Positions 9,083-17,447 of a DNA stretch of 64,000 nucleotides are shown here, in pieces. The notes beneath the pieces are model-generated. The model was not told the DNA's origin. It was given only the letters and a program-made list of their open reading frames with translations, and made no database searches. The position numbers were made by a program, and so were the translations under genes. The first letter of the stretch is position 1. Every line of letters starts with the position of its first letter. Source of the DNA: an uncultured bacterium (GTDB lineage: Bacteria; Omnitrophota; Omnitrophia; Omnitrophales; Abzuiibacteriaceae); contig CAYLXA010000006.1 of the NCBI GenBank assembly GCA_964387845.1, positions 64,001-128,000 of the forward strand. Reading direction: 5' to 3'.

Positions 9083-9811
9083 ATGCCAAAACGCAAAATT
9101 CTAGTCGGGGATGACAGGGACCTATCGATCGGGTTCTTATCCGATTTCTTTTCGGAAACCAAATCTATTCCTATTTTTGCCAAATCGAAAGAGGATGTCG
9201 AAGAAGGGCTGAGCTTGATGAACCCGGACCTGGTTTTTATGCGCATCGATTGGATGGACGAAGCGCTCGGTTCTAAACTTGCCAAATACCGGAAAGACAA
9301 ACCGCAGACTAAATTTTTCAGCTTGGGATATTCGAAGAACGAATATTTTAAATGGGAAAATCAATTTGAAGTACCCTTAGAGCTTAAAGCATTCCGCAAG
9401 ACCTTGCTGGGCGAGCTTCAATTTCCGCCGCTGATTAAACTTCTCGTGATTGACGATGAAAAAGGAATCGGCGAGCTTTTCAAAGATTTCTTCGAACTTC
9501 GGAAAGATCCGCCGTTTCAGGTTGATTTTGCGCTTGACGGCCTGGAAGGCTTTAAAAAGATCGAAACTTTTAAGCCCGATTGCCTGATTCTGGATATCAA
9601 AATGCCGATCCGGAGCGGGATTGAAGTCTACAGAGATCTTCGAAAATCCCAGCGCGACATTCCTACCATTATTTTTATCGATGCCACTTCGGCTGACGAA
9701 ATTTCGGAGATGCGGAAAATAGGCAATCCGGTTTTTGTCGAAAAAAGCGGCTCCGAAAGTTCGATGCCCGAAATGCTGGCCCTTATTAAAAAAATGGTCT
9801 ATTTCGCATAA
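9083..9811 (+). CDS. Tandem receiver-domain protein (divergent N-terminal REC-like domain plus canonical C-terminal REC), no output domain
   Basis: The C-terminal domain has LLVIDDEKG, LILDIKMP and a Lys in FVEKSG. The N-terminal half keeps the fold-like pattern (ILVGDDRD...LVFMRIDWMDE) but is divergent. Confidence 0.6.
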   Translation: MPKRKILVGDDRDLSIGFLSDFFSETKSIPIFAKSKEDVEEGLSLMNPDLVFMRIDWMDEALGSKLAKYRKDKPQTKFFSLGYSKNEYFKWENQFEVPLELKAFRKTLLGELQFPPLIKLLVIDDEKGIGELFKDFFELRKDPPFQVDFALDGLEGFKKIETFKPDCLILDIKMPIRSGIEVYRDLRKSQRDIPTIIFIDATSADEISEMRKIGNPVFVEKSGSESSMPEMLALIKKMVYFA

Positions 9812-9885
9812 TTTCTTGAGTATTTTCCTTTAAATTAGGATATAATGCCCCCTCAATTAAATTCACCGGGGCGAATTACCTTTCC

Positions 9886-11712
9886 ATGAAGCCAACTAAC
9901 ATTTTGGGCATTTCTGCTTATTACCATGATAGTGCCGCCTGTCTTGTCCAGGACGGTAAGATTGTTGCGGCGGCGCAAGAGGAACGTTTCACACGGAAAA
10001 AACACGACCACGAGTTTCCCGCAAATGCTATTGAATATTGTCTCAAGGAAGGCGGTATCGATGCGAATCAAATTGATATCGTTACTTTTTACGATAAACC
10101 TTTTGTGAAGTTTGAACGGCTGCTTCAAACGTATCTTGCTTACGCACCTCAGGGCATCGCATCATTTATAAAGGCAATACCGCTTTGGATTAAGCAAAAG
10201 CTTTGGATTCGGGAATTAATTCGCGAAAGGCTTAATTTTACAGGCAAGGTATTATTCCCGGAACATCATGAATCTCACGCCGCTTCGGCATTTTATGCCT
10301 CACCTTACGAAGAAGCCGCATTTCTGACCATGGATGGAGTCGGCGAGTGGGCGACGACCAGTTATGGAGTTGGGAAAGGAAATCAAATCAAAATCTGGTC
10401 TGAAATTCATTTCCCGCATTCTATAGGCCTTTTGTATTCGGCATTTACTTATCATTTGGGTTTTAAGGTCAATTCTGGTGAATACAAAGTCATGGGGCTG
10501 GCACCTTACGGTGAGCCAAAATACAAAGATATCATTCTTTCTAAATTGATCGACTTAAAGGAAGATGGTTCTTTTAAAATGGACATGCAGTATTTTAATT
10601 ATTGCGCGGGCTTGACGATGACGAATGCCAAGTTCGATAGATTATTCGACGAGCCCCGCCGAAAGCCCGAATCAAAATTAACACAAAAGCACATGGATTT
10701 AGCGCGTTCTGTCCAGGAAGTGACCGAGGAAGCCATGCTCCGGATCACACGCCATGTTCACCGCGAAACCAAGCAGGAGAATCTTTGTCTGGCCGGCGGT
10801 GTTGCGCTCAACTGTGTCGGAAATGGCCGCGTATTGCGAGAGGGGCCGTTTAAGAATATTTGGATTCAGCCCGCAGCCGGTGATGCGGGTGGAGCGCTGG
10901 GAGCTGCTTTATTAGTTTGGCATCAATATTTGGAGAATCCGCGCATGATTAGCTCCAATCGAGATGTGCAGAACGGTTCTTATCTGGGTCCCGATTTTGA
11001 CCGGAATGAAATCAAGGATTATCTGGAGGAAAATCAAATTCCCAATACTGAATTAACCAATGCGGAATTAACGAACCGTGTTTCGGACTTGATTGCGGAA
11101 GGGAATGTGATCGGCTGGTTTCAAGGCAGGATGGAATTCGGCCCCCGCGCTCTTGGGAACCGCTCTATTTTGGGAGATGCGCGGTCTCCAGAGATGCAGG
11201 AAAAAATGAATTTAAAAATTAAATTTCGCGAAAGTTTTCGTCCTTTTGCACCGGCTGTAACGGAAGAAAGAGTTTCGGACTTTTTTGATATTGACCGTGA
11301 AAGCCCTTACATGCTTTTGGTTGCTCCCGTAAAGTCAGAGATTAGAAAAGAAATGACGGATGAGGAGAAGCGGCTTTTCGGAATTCAGAAATTGAATATT
11401 GCGCGCTCTGCAATCCCTGCGGTAACGCACGTCGATTATTCCGCACGCATCCAGACGGTCAGCCCTGACGTGAATCCGATATTTTACGATCTTCTCAAGC
11501 AGTTTGATAAAAAGCACCGCTGTCCGGTTCTTATTAATACATCATTTAATGTCAGGGGAGAACCCATTGTTTGCACGCCCGCAGATGCTTATCGCTGTTT
11601 TATGAGAACAAACATGGATTATCTGGTCCTCGGTAACTTTCTAATCAACAAGCAGGATCAAAAGCCGCTGGAAAAGGACACCAATTGGCTTCGCGAGTTT
11701 GAGCTGGATTAA
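9886..11712 (+). CDS. Carbamoyltransferase, NodU/CmcH family (O-carbamoylation of a sugar or metabolite)
   Basis: The N-terminus ILGISAYYHDSAACLVQDGKIVAAAQEERFTRKKHD is the Carbam_trans_N signature. The ~600-aa length and C-terminal motifs (GRMEFGPRALGNRSIL, FRPFAP) match the family. Confidence 0.85.
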   Translation: MKPTNILGISAYYHDSAACLVQDGKIVAAAQEERFTRKKHDHEFPANAIEYCLKEGGIDANQIDIVTFYDKPFVKFERLLQTYLAYAPQGIASFIKAIPLWIKQKLWIRELIRERLNFTGKVLFPEHHESHAASAFYASPYEEAAFLTMDGVGEWATTSYGVGKGNQIKIWSEIHFPHSIGLLYSAFTYHLGFKVNSGEYKVMGLAPYGEPKYKDIILSKLIDLKEDGSFKMDMQYFNYCAGLTMTNAKFDRLFDEPRRKPESKLTQKHMDLARSVQEVTEEAMLRITRHVHRETKQENLCLAGGVALNCVGNGRVLREGPFKNIWIQPAAGDAGGALGAALLVWHQYLENPRMISSNRDVQNGSYLGPDFDRNEIKDYLEENQIPNTELTNAELTNRVSDLIAEGNVIGWFQGRMEFGPRALGNRSILGDARSPEMQEKMNLKIKFRESFRPFAPAVTEERVSDFFDIDRESPYMLLVAPVKSEIRKEMTDEEKRLFGIQKLNIARSAIPAVTHVDYSARIQTVSPDVNPIFYDLLKQFDKKHRCPVLINTSFNVRGEPIVCTPADAYRCFMRTNMDYLVLGNFLINKQDQKPLEKDTNWLREFELD

Positions 11713-11713
11713 T

Positions 11714-12139
11714 ATGGAATTCACAATCCTAAAGGAAATCCGCGAAATTAAAAGCACCCGAAAAGAACTGCGTGATTTCGGCATTGTGATGGGCGTTGCT
11801 TTTTTGCTCATTGCCGGGTTTATATATTGGAAGTCTGCCAAGCTTAACTTGGTCATTTTCGCATTATCCGCTATTTTTGCTTTGTTGGGTGTGGCAGCAC
11901 CCGGTGTTCTAAAACCAATCCAAAAGGTATGGATGAGCATTGCCGTTGTAATGGGATGGATGGTTTCGCGCGTTATATTGTTCGTTCTTTTTTATGCTGT
12001 GCTAACGCCGATCAGCGTTTTGGCCAAGTTGTTTGGAGAAAGTTTTTTGGATTTAAAGATGAATGACGGGAAGGCTACTTATTGGGTTGATCGACGAACC
12101 AAGGAATTTCAAAAAAAACAGTACGAAAGGCAGTTTTAA
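11714..12139 (+). CDS. Small polytopic membrane protein, SxtJ-like, by context with the carbamoyltransferase
   Basis: The ATG sits 2 nt after the carbamoyltransferase stop; the ORF track extends to a TTG at 11699. The product is ~141 aa with 3-4 hydrophobic helices. The gene order carbamoyltransferase / ~145-aa membrane protein / ~50-aa protein mirrors sxtI-sxtJ-sxtK-type arrangements. Confidence 0.45.
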   Translation: MEFTILKEIREIKSTRKELRDFGIVMGVAFLLIAGFIYWKSAKLNLVIFALSAIFALLGVAAPGVLKPIQKVWMSIAVVMGWMVSRVILFVLFYAVLTPISVLAKLFGESFLDLKMNDGKATYWVDRRTKEFQKKQYERQF

Positions 12140-12149
12140 AGGAGGCGTC

Positions 12150-12308
12150 ATGAGTAAATTATCTATTTTGTCGGAATTCTGGGATTTTCTGAAAGAAAGA
12201 AAAAAGTGGTGGCTGACGCCTATCGTTATTTTTTTGGTTCTGTTTGGCGCATTGTTATTTTTTGCGCAAGGATCCGCGGTTGCTCCGTTTATCTACACAT
12301 TGTTTTAA
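12150..12308 (+). CDS. DUF5989 / SxtK-like micro-protein (52 aa, single TM) missed by the >=60-aa ORF track
   Basis: A strong RBS (AAAGGAGG) lies 6-7 nt before the ATG at 12150. The product is MSKLSILSEFWDFLKERKKWWLTPIVIFLVLFGALLFFAQGSAVAPFIYTLF. Its EFW-x-FLKERKKWWL ... GSA-x-APFIYTLF pattern matches the conserved small protein I recall encoded next to carbamoyltransferases. Confidence 0.55.
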   Translation: MSKLSILSEFWDFLKERKKWWLTPIVIFLVLFGALLFFAQGSAVAPFIYTLF

Positions 12309-12326
12309 GAGGCGCATGATTTTGCA

Positions 12327-12791
12327 ATGAATTCAGCGATTATAAAACAAAGCCAAATTCGAGATGTAAAATTTGGAAAGAGCGTGACCGTCATTCAACC
12401 CGTCAATTTATACGAGTGCGAAATCGGCGACGATGCTTTTGTGGGCCCATTTGTGGAAATTCAAAAGGGTGTCAAAATCGGAAAAAGAACCCGGGTTCAA
12501 TCGCATGCGTTCATTTGCGAGTTGGTGACAATCGGCGATGATTGCTTTGTTTCGCATGGCGCCATGTTTATTAATGATACTTTTGGGGAGGGCGCTCCCG
12601 AGCGTGACCCGCAAAAATGGAAAAAAACAACGATTGGCAATCACGTTTCGATCGGAACCAACGCAACGATCATGCCGGTAAAAATCGCTGATAGCGTTGT
12701 AATCGGCGCGGGTTCTGTAGTCACTAAGGATATCCTAGAGCCCGGTATCTACGCCGGAAATCCTGCAAAGAAAATCAGGAGCATAAAGTAA
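12327..12791 (+). CDS. Hexapeptide-repeat (left-handed beta-helix) acyl/acetyltransferase
   Basis: There are repeated [LIV]-G-x-x-x-x hexads (IGDDAFVGP, IGKRTRV, IGDDCFVSHGAMF, IGNHVSIGTNATI, IGAGSVV). The ~150-aa size is typical of sugar N/O-acetyltransferases. Confidence 0.7.
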   Translation: MNSAIIKQSQIRDVKFGKSVTVIQPVNLYECEIGDDAFVGPFVEIQKGVKIGKRTRVQSHAFICELVTIGDDCFVSHGAMFINDTFGEGAPERDPQKWKKTTIGNHVSIGTNATIMPVKIADSVVIGAGSVVTKDILEPGIYAGNPAKKIRSIK

Positions 12792-12795
12792 TTTC

Positions 12796-13224
12796 GTGAA
12801 CGACCAAATTCCGGAAGGCCTTAGACCTGCCTGCAAAATTTTAATCATCGATGACGAAGAAGCGGTCGGCGAGTTTCTGTCGGATGCGCTGATTAACTAT
12901 GCTAAAGGGACGCGCTACGAAGTCCGCTACGCTCAGAACGGGGAAGCGGCGCTTAAAATATCAAATGAATTCGAGCCGGATGTGGCGATCGTCGATATCA
13001 AAATGCAGCATATGTGGGGCGATGAGTTGATCCGCCGTTTTCAAGCCGGCGAAGCGCATACGCCGAAGGATTTTGTGATTTTTACGGGCACCAACACCGA
13101 TGAATTCCGCACGAAAGCAGCCAACGCCGGCTACACGTTTCTTACCAAATCGGCCCACATGGAAGACATTTTCGAAGCAGTTAAGAAGATCTGCATCAAG
13201 CACAACCTTCTGGAAAAAATCTAG
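12796..13224 (+). CDS. Stand-alone CheY-like receiver domain protein (GTG start)
   Basis: REC motifs are ILIIDDEEAVGE, VAIVDIKMQ, FTGTN and a Lys in LTKS. There is no output domain. Confidence 0.65.
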   Translation: MNDQIPEGLRPACKILIIDDEEAVGEFLSDALINYAKGTRYEVRYAQNGEAALKISNEFEPDVAIVDIKMQHMWGDELIRRFQAGEAHTPKDFVIFTGTNTDEFRTKAANAGYTFLTKSAHMEDIFEAVKKICIKHNLLEKI

Positions 13225-13253
13225 TTATCCTTTACCGCTCATCCCTTACACCG

Positions 13254-13892
13254 TTAATGAATTGCAGGCCGGGTGACTAAGAAAAGGCGAGCTTCAATTG
13301 AATCGATATTCCGGAATTTGTGCGGAATGCCGCCGTCAAAGTAGGCGGATTCATTGGCGTGCAGAGTCTTGATTTTGTTGCCGAAAGTAACTTCCAAAGT
13401 CCCTGACTCCAGGAAAATGCAGATCATCGAATTATCCCGGAACTTCCACTTCTTCAACTCTTTGAAGGGCTTAATATTCATAATGCCCATAAAAAAGTCA
13501 CGGCCGCTAGTGCCCGGAGGGCTCAGGGACTGAATAGAAAAGCCGTGCTGGCTATATTCAATGAAACCGCGCTGTCCAAATCCGCAGGTGTAGAAGGCGC
13601 CTTCCCATTCGCCCATCGCACGTGTGGCAAGTTCCGAAAATGAGATTTGAAAGGCAGATGCAATCTGTACAAGCTTATCGGATGATGGGTCCTGAATGCG
13701 TTGTGCAATGATATTGAATAAATGCTTTTCATTGATGCCTGCCTTTTCTGCAAGCCATCCCACTGAAGCATCATCGCCGCGTCCTCGGCGTTCTTCCATT
13801 AACACTTTGATTGCCGCGCCCCACAGTGGGATTTTTTTTCGAGGGTAGCTTTTGAACTGTTCGTCTAAGTCGCTTTTGATTTCGTTGTACAT
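13254..13892 (-). CDS. XRE-family HTH plus C-terminal cupin-domain transcriptional regulator
   Basis: The N-terminal helix-turn-helix (WLAEKAGINEKHLFNIIAQRIQDPSSDKLVQIASAFQISFSEL) is followed by a cupin beta-barrel motif (ESAYFDGGIPHKFRNID). It is divergent from the 14168-15341 operon. Confidence 0.75.
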   Translation of the reverse strand: MYNEIKSDLDEQFKSYPRKKIPLWGAAIKVLMEERRGRGDDASVGWLAEKAGINEKHLFNIIAQRIQDPSSDKLVQIASAFQISFSELATRAMGEWEGAFYTCGFGQRGFIEYSQHGFSIQSLSPPGTSGRDFFMGIMNIKPFKELKKWKFRDNSMICIFLESGTLEVTFGNKIKTLHANESAYFDGGIPHKFRNIDSIEARLFLVTRPAIH

Positions 13893-14111
13893 ATTTGGTC
13901 TTTCAGAAATGCTTTGATAGTTTGTTTAAATATCTATTAATTATTTATAACACACTAAGATAATAACTCGTGATTTTTGGTTTTTCAAGCTCTCTGACTC
14001 TGAAATTTAAAAAAACAACCACATTGGCTATTGACACAGATAAAAATGTCGGGTAAAGAACAAGCAAGTCATTGAATCGCCAAAAAGCATGTAATAAACA
14101 CGATTAAAATG

Positions 14112-14130
14112 AAGTTATTTTAAATAACTT
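14112..14130. promoter_or_regulatory. Perfect 19-bp palindrome AAGTTATTT-T-AAATAACTT in the divergent intergenic region, a candidate operator for the XRE-cupin regulators
   Basis: The sequence is read directly. The two 9-bp half-sites are exact reverse complements around a central T. It lies ~40 nt upstream of the strong RBS/ATG at 14156-14170. Confidence 0.35.
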
Positions 14131-14167
14131 TTTGGTATTGTCAATGATATTTTTCAAGGAGGCAGTG

Positions 14168-14311
14168 ATGTTGAACACTCTAAAAACAAGGTGCCTAATA
14201 CCAAGGGCCGTTCGGAATCCAAAGGCGTTTACGCGTTGGGTTCGAATGAAATGGATTGTCCGGGTCAGGTTAACGGAGCAAGAGTTGGGAGGTCAATTCG
14301 AGTGTTGTTAA
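14168..14311 (+). CDS. Candidate 47-aa basic micro-ORF (MLNTLKTRCLIPRAVRNPKAFTRWVRMKWIVRVRLTEQELGGQFECC), translationally coupled to the next gene
   Basis: A perfect Shine-Dalgarno AAGGAGG at 14156-14162 sits 5 nt before the ATG at 14168. The stop TAA at 14309-14311 overlaps the ATG at 14311 (TAATG). It is too short for the ORF track and has no homology support. Confidence 0.25.
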   Translation: MLNTLKTRCLIPRAVRNPKAFTRWVRMKWIVRVRLTEQELGGQFECC

Positions 14312-14673
14312 TGAAGGCACAGAGAAAGCCGGCCCCGGTTATCCTTAATGCACTCATTGCTCAGCATGCTTATTTTGTGATTGGCTTGCTGAGGATAGGA
14401 CTAGGGCGCATTAAAGTGAACGATGCTGAACTGATTCATCATTGCGAAGTTGCAGTCTATCACTTGGAATCGTTGATCGATCAGCTGGATGATGCCTTTA
14501 TGATTGCGACATGCCAGTCTTTGATCCAAGCGTTCCGAGAGTGTATTGCCCATCAAAACTTGCTTAGTTTGCAGAATCACTACCGGCTTCCGGCACGGTA
14601 TTTTATCGAGCGCTTTGGAACCCGGGAATTGGTCCGTGAATTTTTGAATAAACGAGAAAAGGTCATGGTATGA
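14311..14673 (+). CDS. Hypothetical alpha-helical protein (121 aa from ATG 14311; the ORF track extends to a GTG at 14191)
   Basis: The ORF is continuous. Its stop overlaps the next start (ATGA at 14670-14673). I recognise no motif. The start choice is uncertain. Confidence 0.35.
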   Translation: MKAQRKPAPVILNALIAQHAYFVIGLLRIGLGRIKVNDAELIHHCEVAVYHLESLIDQLDDAFMIATCQSLIQAFRECIAHQNLLSLQNHYRLPARYFIERFGTRELVREFLNKREKVMV

Positions 14674-15341
14674 AAAAAATGAAAAATCGTATCGCTTCTC
14701 ATCCATCCGATATTTACAGCAAATTAAGCTCGCAAGCCGCTCAAGCGTACGATTTTCAGCGAGTGAGCCAAAGCGGTGTCGGCGATACGATCCGAAGCTT
14801 CCGACAGACGAAAGGCATCAGAGCGGCGCATCTTGCCAGAAAGGCCGGGCTAGATCCTCGGACTTTGGCGGCTATTGAATCTGGGCATATCCAGAATCCT
14901 TCCCTTGAAAAGCTGCGAAACATTTCAGCTTCGCTTGAAGTTTCGATTGCGGATTTATTTTTGCATATGCAGGCTTCACAGCCTGAAAATTTTTATCTGG
15001 GCGAGCAGCGCGGCACCCATGCATTTGAATTTCAGCAAGAGGGGTTTAAAGCAGTTTCATACACTCCCATGAACCCGAGTTTTTTTATCGGAAAGGTGAC
15101 GCTTGCCGGGAAGGCATTTTTGAATGCAGGCGTGCTGCCGTCTGAGGGGCATTTCTTTATTCAAATGATTTTGGGAAAATTGAAATTGTCCATCCAGCAA
15201 GAGGAAGTGGTTGTGAAGGAGGGTTCGCATCTTTTGATGAATGGGCGGCTGCCGCACACATTTCAAAATCTGCTGATCAAAGAAACCTCCTTTCTTTTTG
15301 TGAGCGTCCCGTCCTTTGTTGCATTTTCATCCCGCCGTTAA
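14670..15341 (+). CDS. XRE-family HTH plus cupin-domain transcriptional regulator (paralogue of 13254-13892)
   Basis: The HTH (IRSFRQTKGIRAAHLARKAGLDPRTLAAIESGHIQNPSLEKLRNISASLEVSIADLF) is followed by a C-terminal cupin motif (GSHLLMNGRLPHTFQNL). Confidence 0.7.
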   Translation: MKKMKNRIASHPSDIYSKLSSQAAQAYDFQRVSQSGVGDTIRSFRQTKGIRAAHLARKAGLDPRTLAAIESGHIQNPSLEKLRNISASLEVSIADLFLHMQASQPENFYLGEQRGTHAFEFQQEGFKAVSYTPMNPSFFIGKVTLAGKAFLNAGVLPSEGHFFIQMILGKLKLSIQQEEVVVKEGSHLLMNGRLPHTFQNLLIKETSFLFVSVPSFVAFSSRR

Positions 15342-15429
15342 GCACTTTTTTTGGTTGCTTTAAAGATTAATAAACATTCAAAAAAGTTGCTGATTTTGCC
15401 GATAATTTTAGGTAACCTAAGCCGACAGA

Positions 15430-15457
15430 TTGACTTAGTGCTTTGATTCGATATAAT
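15430..15457 (+). promoter_or_regulatory. Sigma70-like promoter TTGACT-N16-TATAAT upstream of the efflux operon
   Basis: The -35 TTGACT is at 15430-15435, followed by a 16-nt spacer and the -10 TATAAT at 15452-15457. This is ~25 nt upstream of the ATG at 15483. Confidence 0.4.
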
Positions 15458-15482
15458 CAATTCACAAAACTTGCAGCGATCA

Positions 15483-17426
15483 ATGACCCAAAAATTATCC
15501 AAGTTCATCCGCCGGATTTGTTTTGCGCTGATCGTGGTTTTGACCTCCTCTATCTATTTAGATTCCAACCCCGTTTTATCTGATACTTTTAAGACCACCG
15601 TTAAACCGATCGATGCTAACCGGGATGAGCAGGAGATTATGCGCGACCGAGATAATGCCATTAACGCTGCATTCGGCGAAATTAAAAAGGAAACGCCTGC
15701 ACCGAGTGCCAAAGCAGAAAAGAAAGACAAAGACAATGAAATAAAAAAGCACGACCAGTCTTCTCCAGCTCCGGCCGAGAAAGAAACAAGGCCGAAAAAA
15801 CGGCGAAGTTGGTTTGCTTTCTGGGGAAAAAATGATTCAGACAGAGCTGCCCCCAATATCATGCAGGAGGTAAGGGAAAAGCGGAAAGAGCGCCTCGAGC
15901 AATTTCCGGGAATTGACCCGGAGCACGTCAGGGAATCGATCGACGAAATGAAAATTGTGACGAAGCGCGAATTTCTTGCCAAAGACAAACACAGCTTGGA
16001 AGACGTGATCAGCCGTGCGGTGCAAGTGCATTTACCGGCACAAATTGCGCGTGAGCGGATCGAACTTGCCGAGAAGCGAATTATAAAGGCGTTTAGAGAT
16101 TTTTTCAGCGATTTGGATTTTACGCGAACCCAGAAAGATGGAACTTTATCGACAGACGCTTACAAAAGCCGCAGCTGGCGCTTGGCATTTCGGCAGCCGC
16201 TTTTTCGCGGCGGGATTATTTGGAATACATTTCAGCTCGAAATGGAAGGGCGTGAAACCGCGCGGCGCGAATATGAAAAAACCGTTTCGAATTTAGTGGC
16301 TGATGTTTCAAAAGCTTATTTTGAGTACGAGCGCGCGTGGAACGTGCTGGAAGACCGCAAACGTCTCTTTGGCAAGGCGCAGGAGGCCAAGCGCGTATCG
16401 GATGAAAAAAATCAGGCAAAATTGATTTCTGAGATTGAAAAACTAAACGTCGATTCGCTTTTCAGCCAGGCTCAATATGATTTGGAAACGGCCCAACAGG
16501 ACTTAGAACTTGCAAAGCTTGATCTTCAGAAATATTTGGCGTTAGAAATTGCAGATCCGGTCTCGATCGAGTCCGTTTATCAGATCGATAACATTAAGCT
16601 GGTCGATTTGTCCGGAAAACCCATCCCGCTCTCGTTCGCGGATGAGCCCGAAGGCCAAGCGATTCCGAGGCCCGAGCTGCAGGAGAGTCGAAATGCTTTG
16701 GAGCAATATGTGGATATGGCCTATGCTCATCGTTCAGATTTAAGGGTAGAAGCCTCTAAGCTTCATGCGGCACGTCTTTCGCGTAAAATTTCCGGGGGCA
16801 AAATGCTCCCAGAATGGGATCTTGTGGTAGAATTTGGCGAGTTGGCGGAAGCGTTTCAAACAATTGCGCATCTTCCACCTTATCGTGACGAATGGAAAAT
16901 CGGTTCCGAATTATCATGGAACGTTGGCGGCAGCACGTTTCGGCACACGTATGATCATGACCAGCGCGCACCGAGCGTTTCGCAGTTTTTAGGAACGCAA
17001 GGCCCGATTTCGGATACGCATACGTTTAGTTTCGGGTTTTTTGACAATTTGAATTCGCTGGCGGAATTAAAAGAAACCAAGATCGCAGCGCTTGAGCAGG
17101 TGGTTGAGCTTGAGAAAACGGAGCGCGAAGTGATCCGTGAAGTCAAAGAGGCTTATTTTAATTACAACAAAGCGCTCATTCAGGTTGAATCGAATTACAA
17201 ACGGATGAATTACCGGGACCGTCTCGCGCAGCTGGCGCAGCACCGGTTGGAAACAAATGAAATTCAGGTTTCGGAATTTTTACAGTCCGAAATTGATTAC
17301 ACGGAAGAGCGAATGCAAGTCCATAAGGCGTTGTCCGATTTTTATACGTCGAAAGCGAATTTGAACCGGGCGATTGGTGTCCGGGACTATTTGCAAATCG
17401 AATCACATCAGTTTGAAAGCAGATAA
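15483..17426 (+). CDS. Outer-membrane efflux factor (TolC/OEP family) with an unusual K/E/P-rich N-terminal extension
   Basis: A hydrophobic signal/anchor (FIRRICFALIVVLTSSIYL) is followed by long alpha-helical coiled-coil repeats and OEP-like segments (two repeat halves). It is the first gene of the adaptor-RND operon. A TTG at 15471 is an alternative start. The segment KKETPAPSAKAEKKDKDNEIKKHDQSSPAPAEKETRPKKRR is low-complexity and charged. Confidence 0.65.
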   Translation: MTQKLSKFIRRICFALIVVLTSSIYLDSNPVLSDTFKTTVKPIDANRDEQEIMRDRDNAINAAFGEIKKETPAPSAKAEKKDKDNEIKKHDQSSPAPAEKETRPKKRRSWFAFWGKNDSDRAAPNIMQEVREKRKERLEQFPGIDPEHVRESIDEMKIVTKREFLAKDKHSLEDVISRAVQVHLPAQIARERIELAEKRIIKAFRDFFSDLDFTRTQKDGTLSTDAYKSRSWRLAFRQPLFRGGIIWNTFQLEMEGRETARREYEKTVSNLVADVSKAYFEYERAWNVLEDRKRLFGKAQEAKRVSDEKNQAKLISEIEKLNVDSLFSQAQYDLETAQQDLELAKLDLQKYLALEIADPVSIESVYQIDNIKLVDLSGKPIPLSFADEPEGQAIPRPELQESRNALEQYVDMAYAHRSDLRVEASKLHAARLSRKISGGKMLPEWDLVVEFGELAEAFQTIAHLPPYRDEWKIGSELSWNVGGSTFRHTYDHDQRAPSVSQFLGTQGPISDTHTFSFGFFDNLNSLAELKETKIAALEQVVELEKTEREVIREVKEAYFNYNKALIQVESNYKRMNYRDRLAQLAQHRLETNEIQVSEFLQSEIDYTEERMQVHKALSDFYTSKANLNRAIGVRDYLQIESHQFESR

Positions 17427-17447
17427 AACGGTTCAGAAAGATTAAGT

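Noticed and set aside
9815-9846. Possible promoter TTGAGT…TATAAT upstream of the carbamoyltransferase gene
   Set aside because: The -10 TATAAT (9841-9846) is clear, but the best -35 candidate is 20 nt away, which is too far. I left it uncalled.
14191-14310. GTG-initiated N-terminal extension giving a 160-aa version of the hypothetical protein
   Set aside because: The extension has no Shine-Dalgarno sequence. It overlaps, in another frame, a micro-ORF that has a perfect RBS. The internal ATG at 14311 sits in a TAATG coupling context. I prefer the shorter model but at low confidence.
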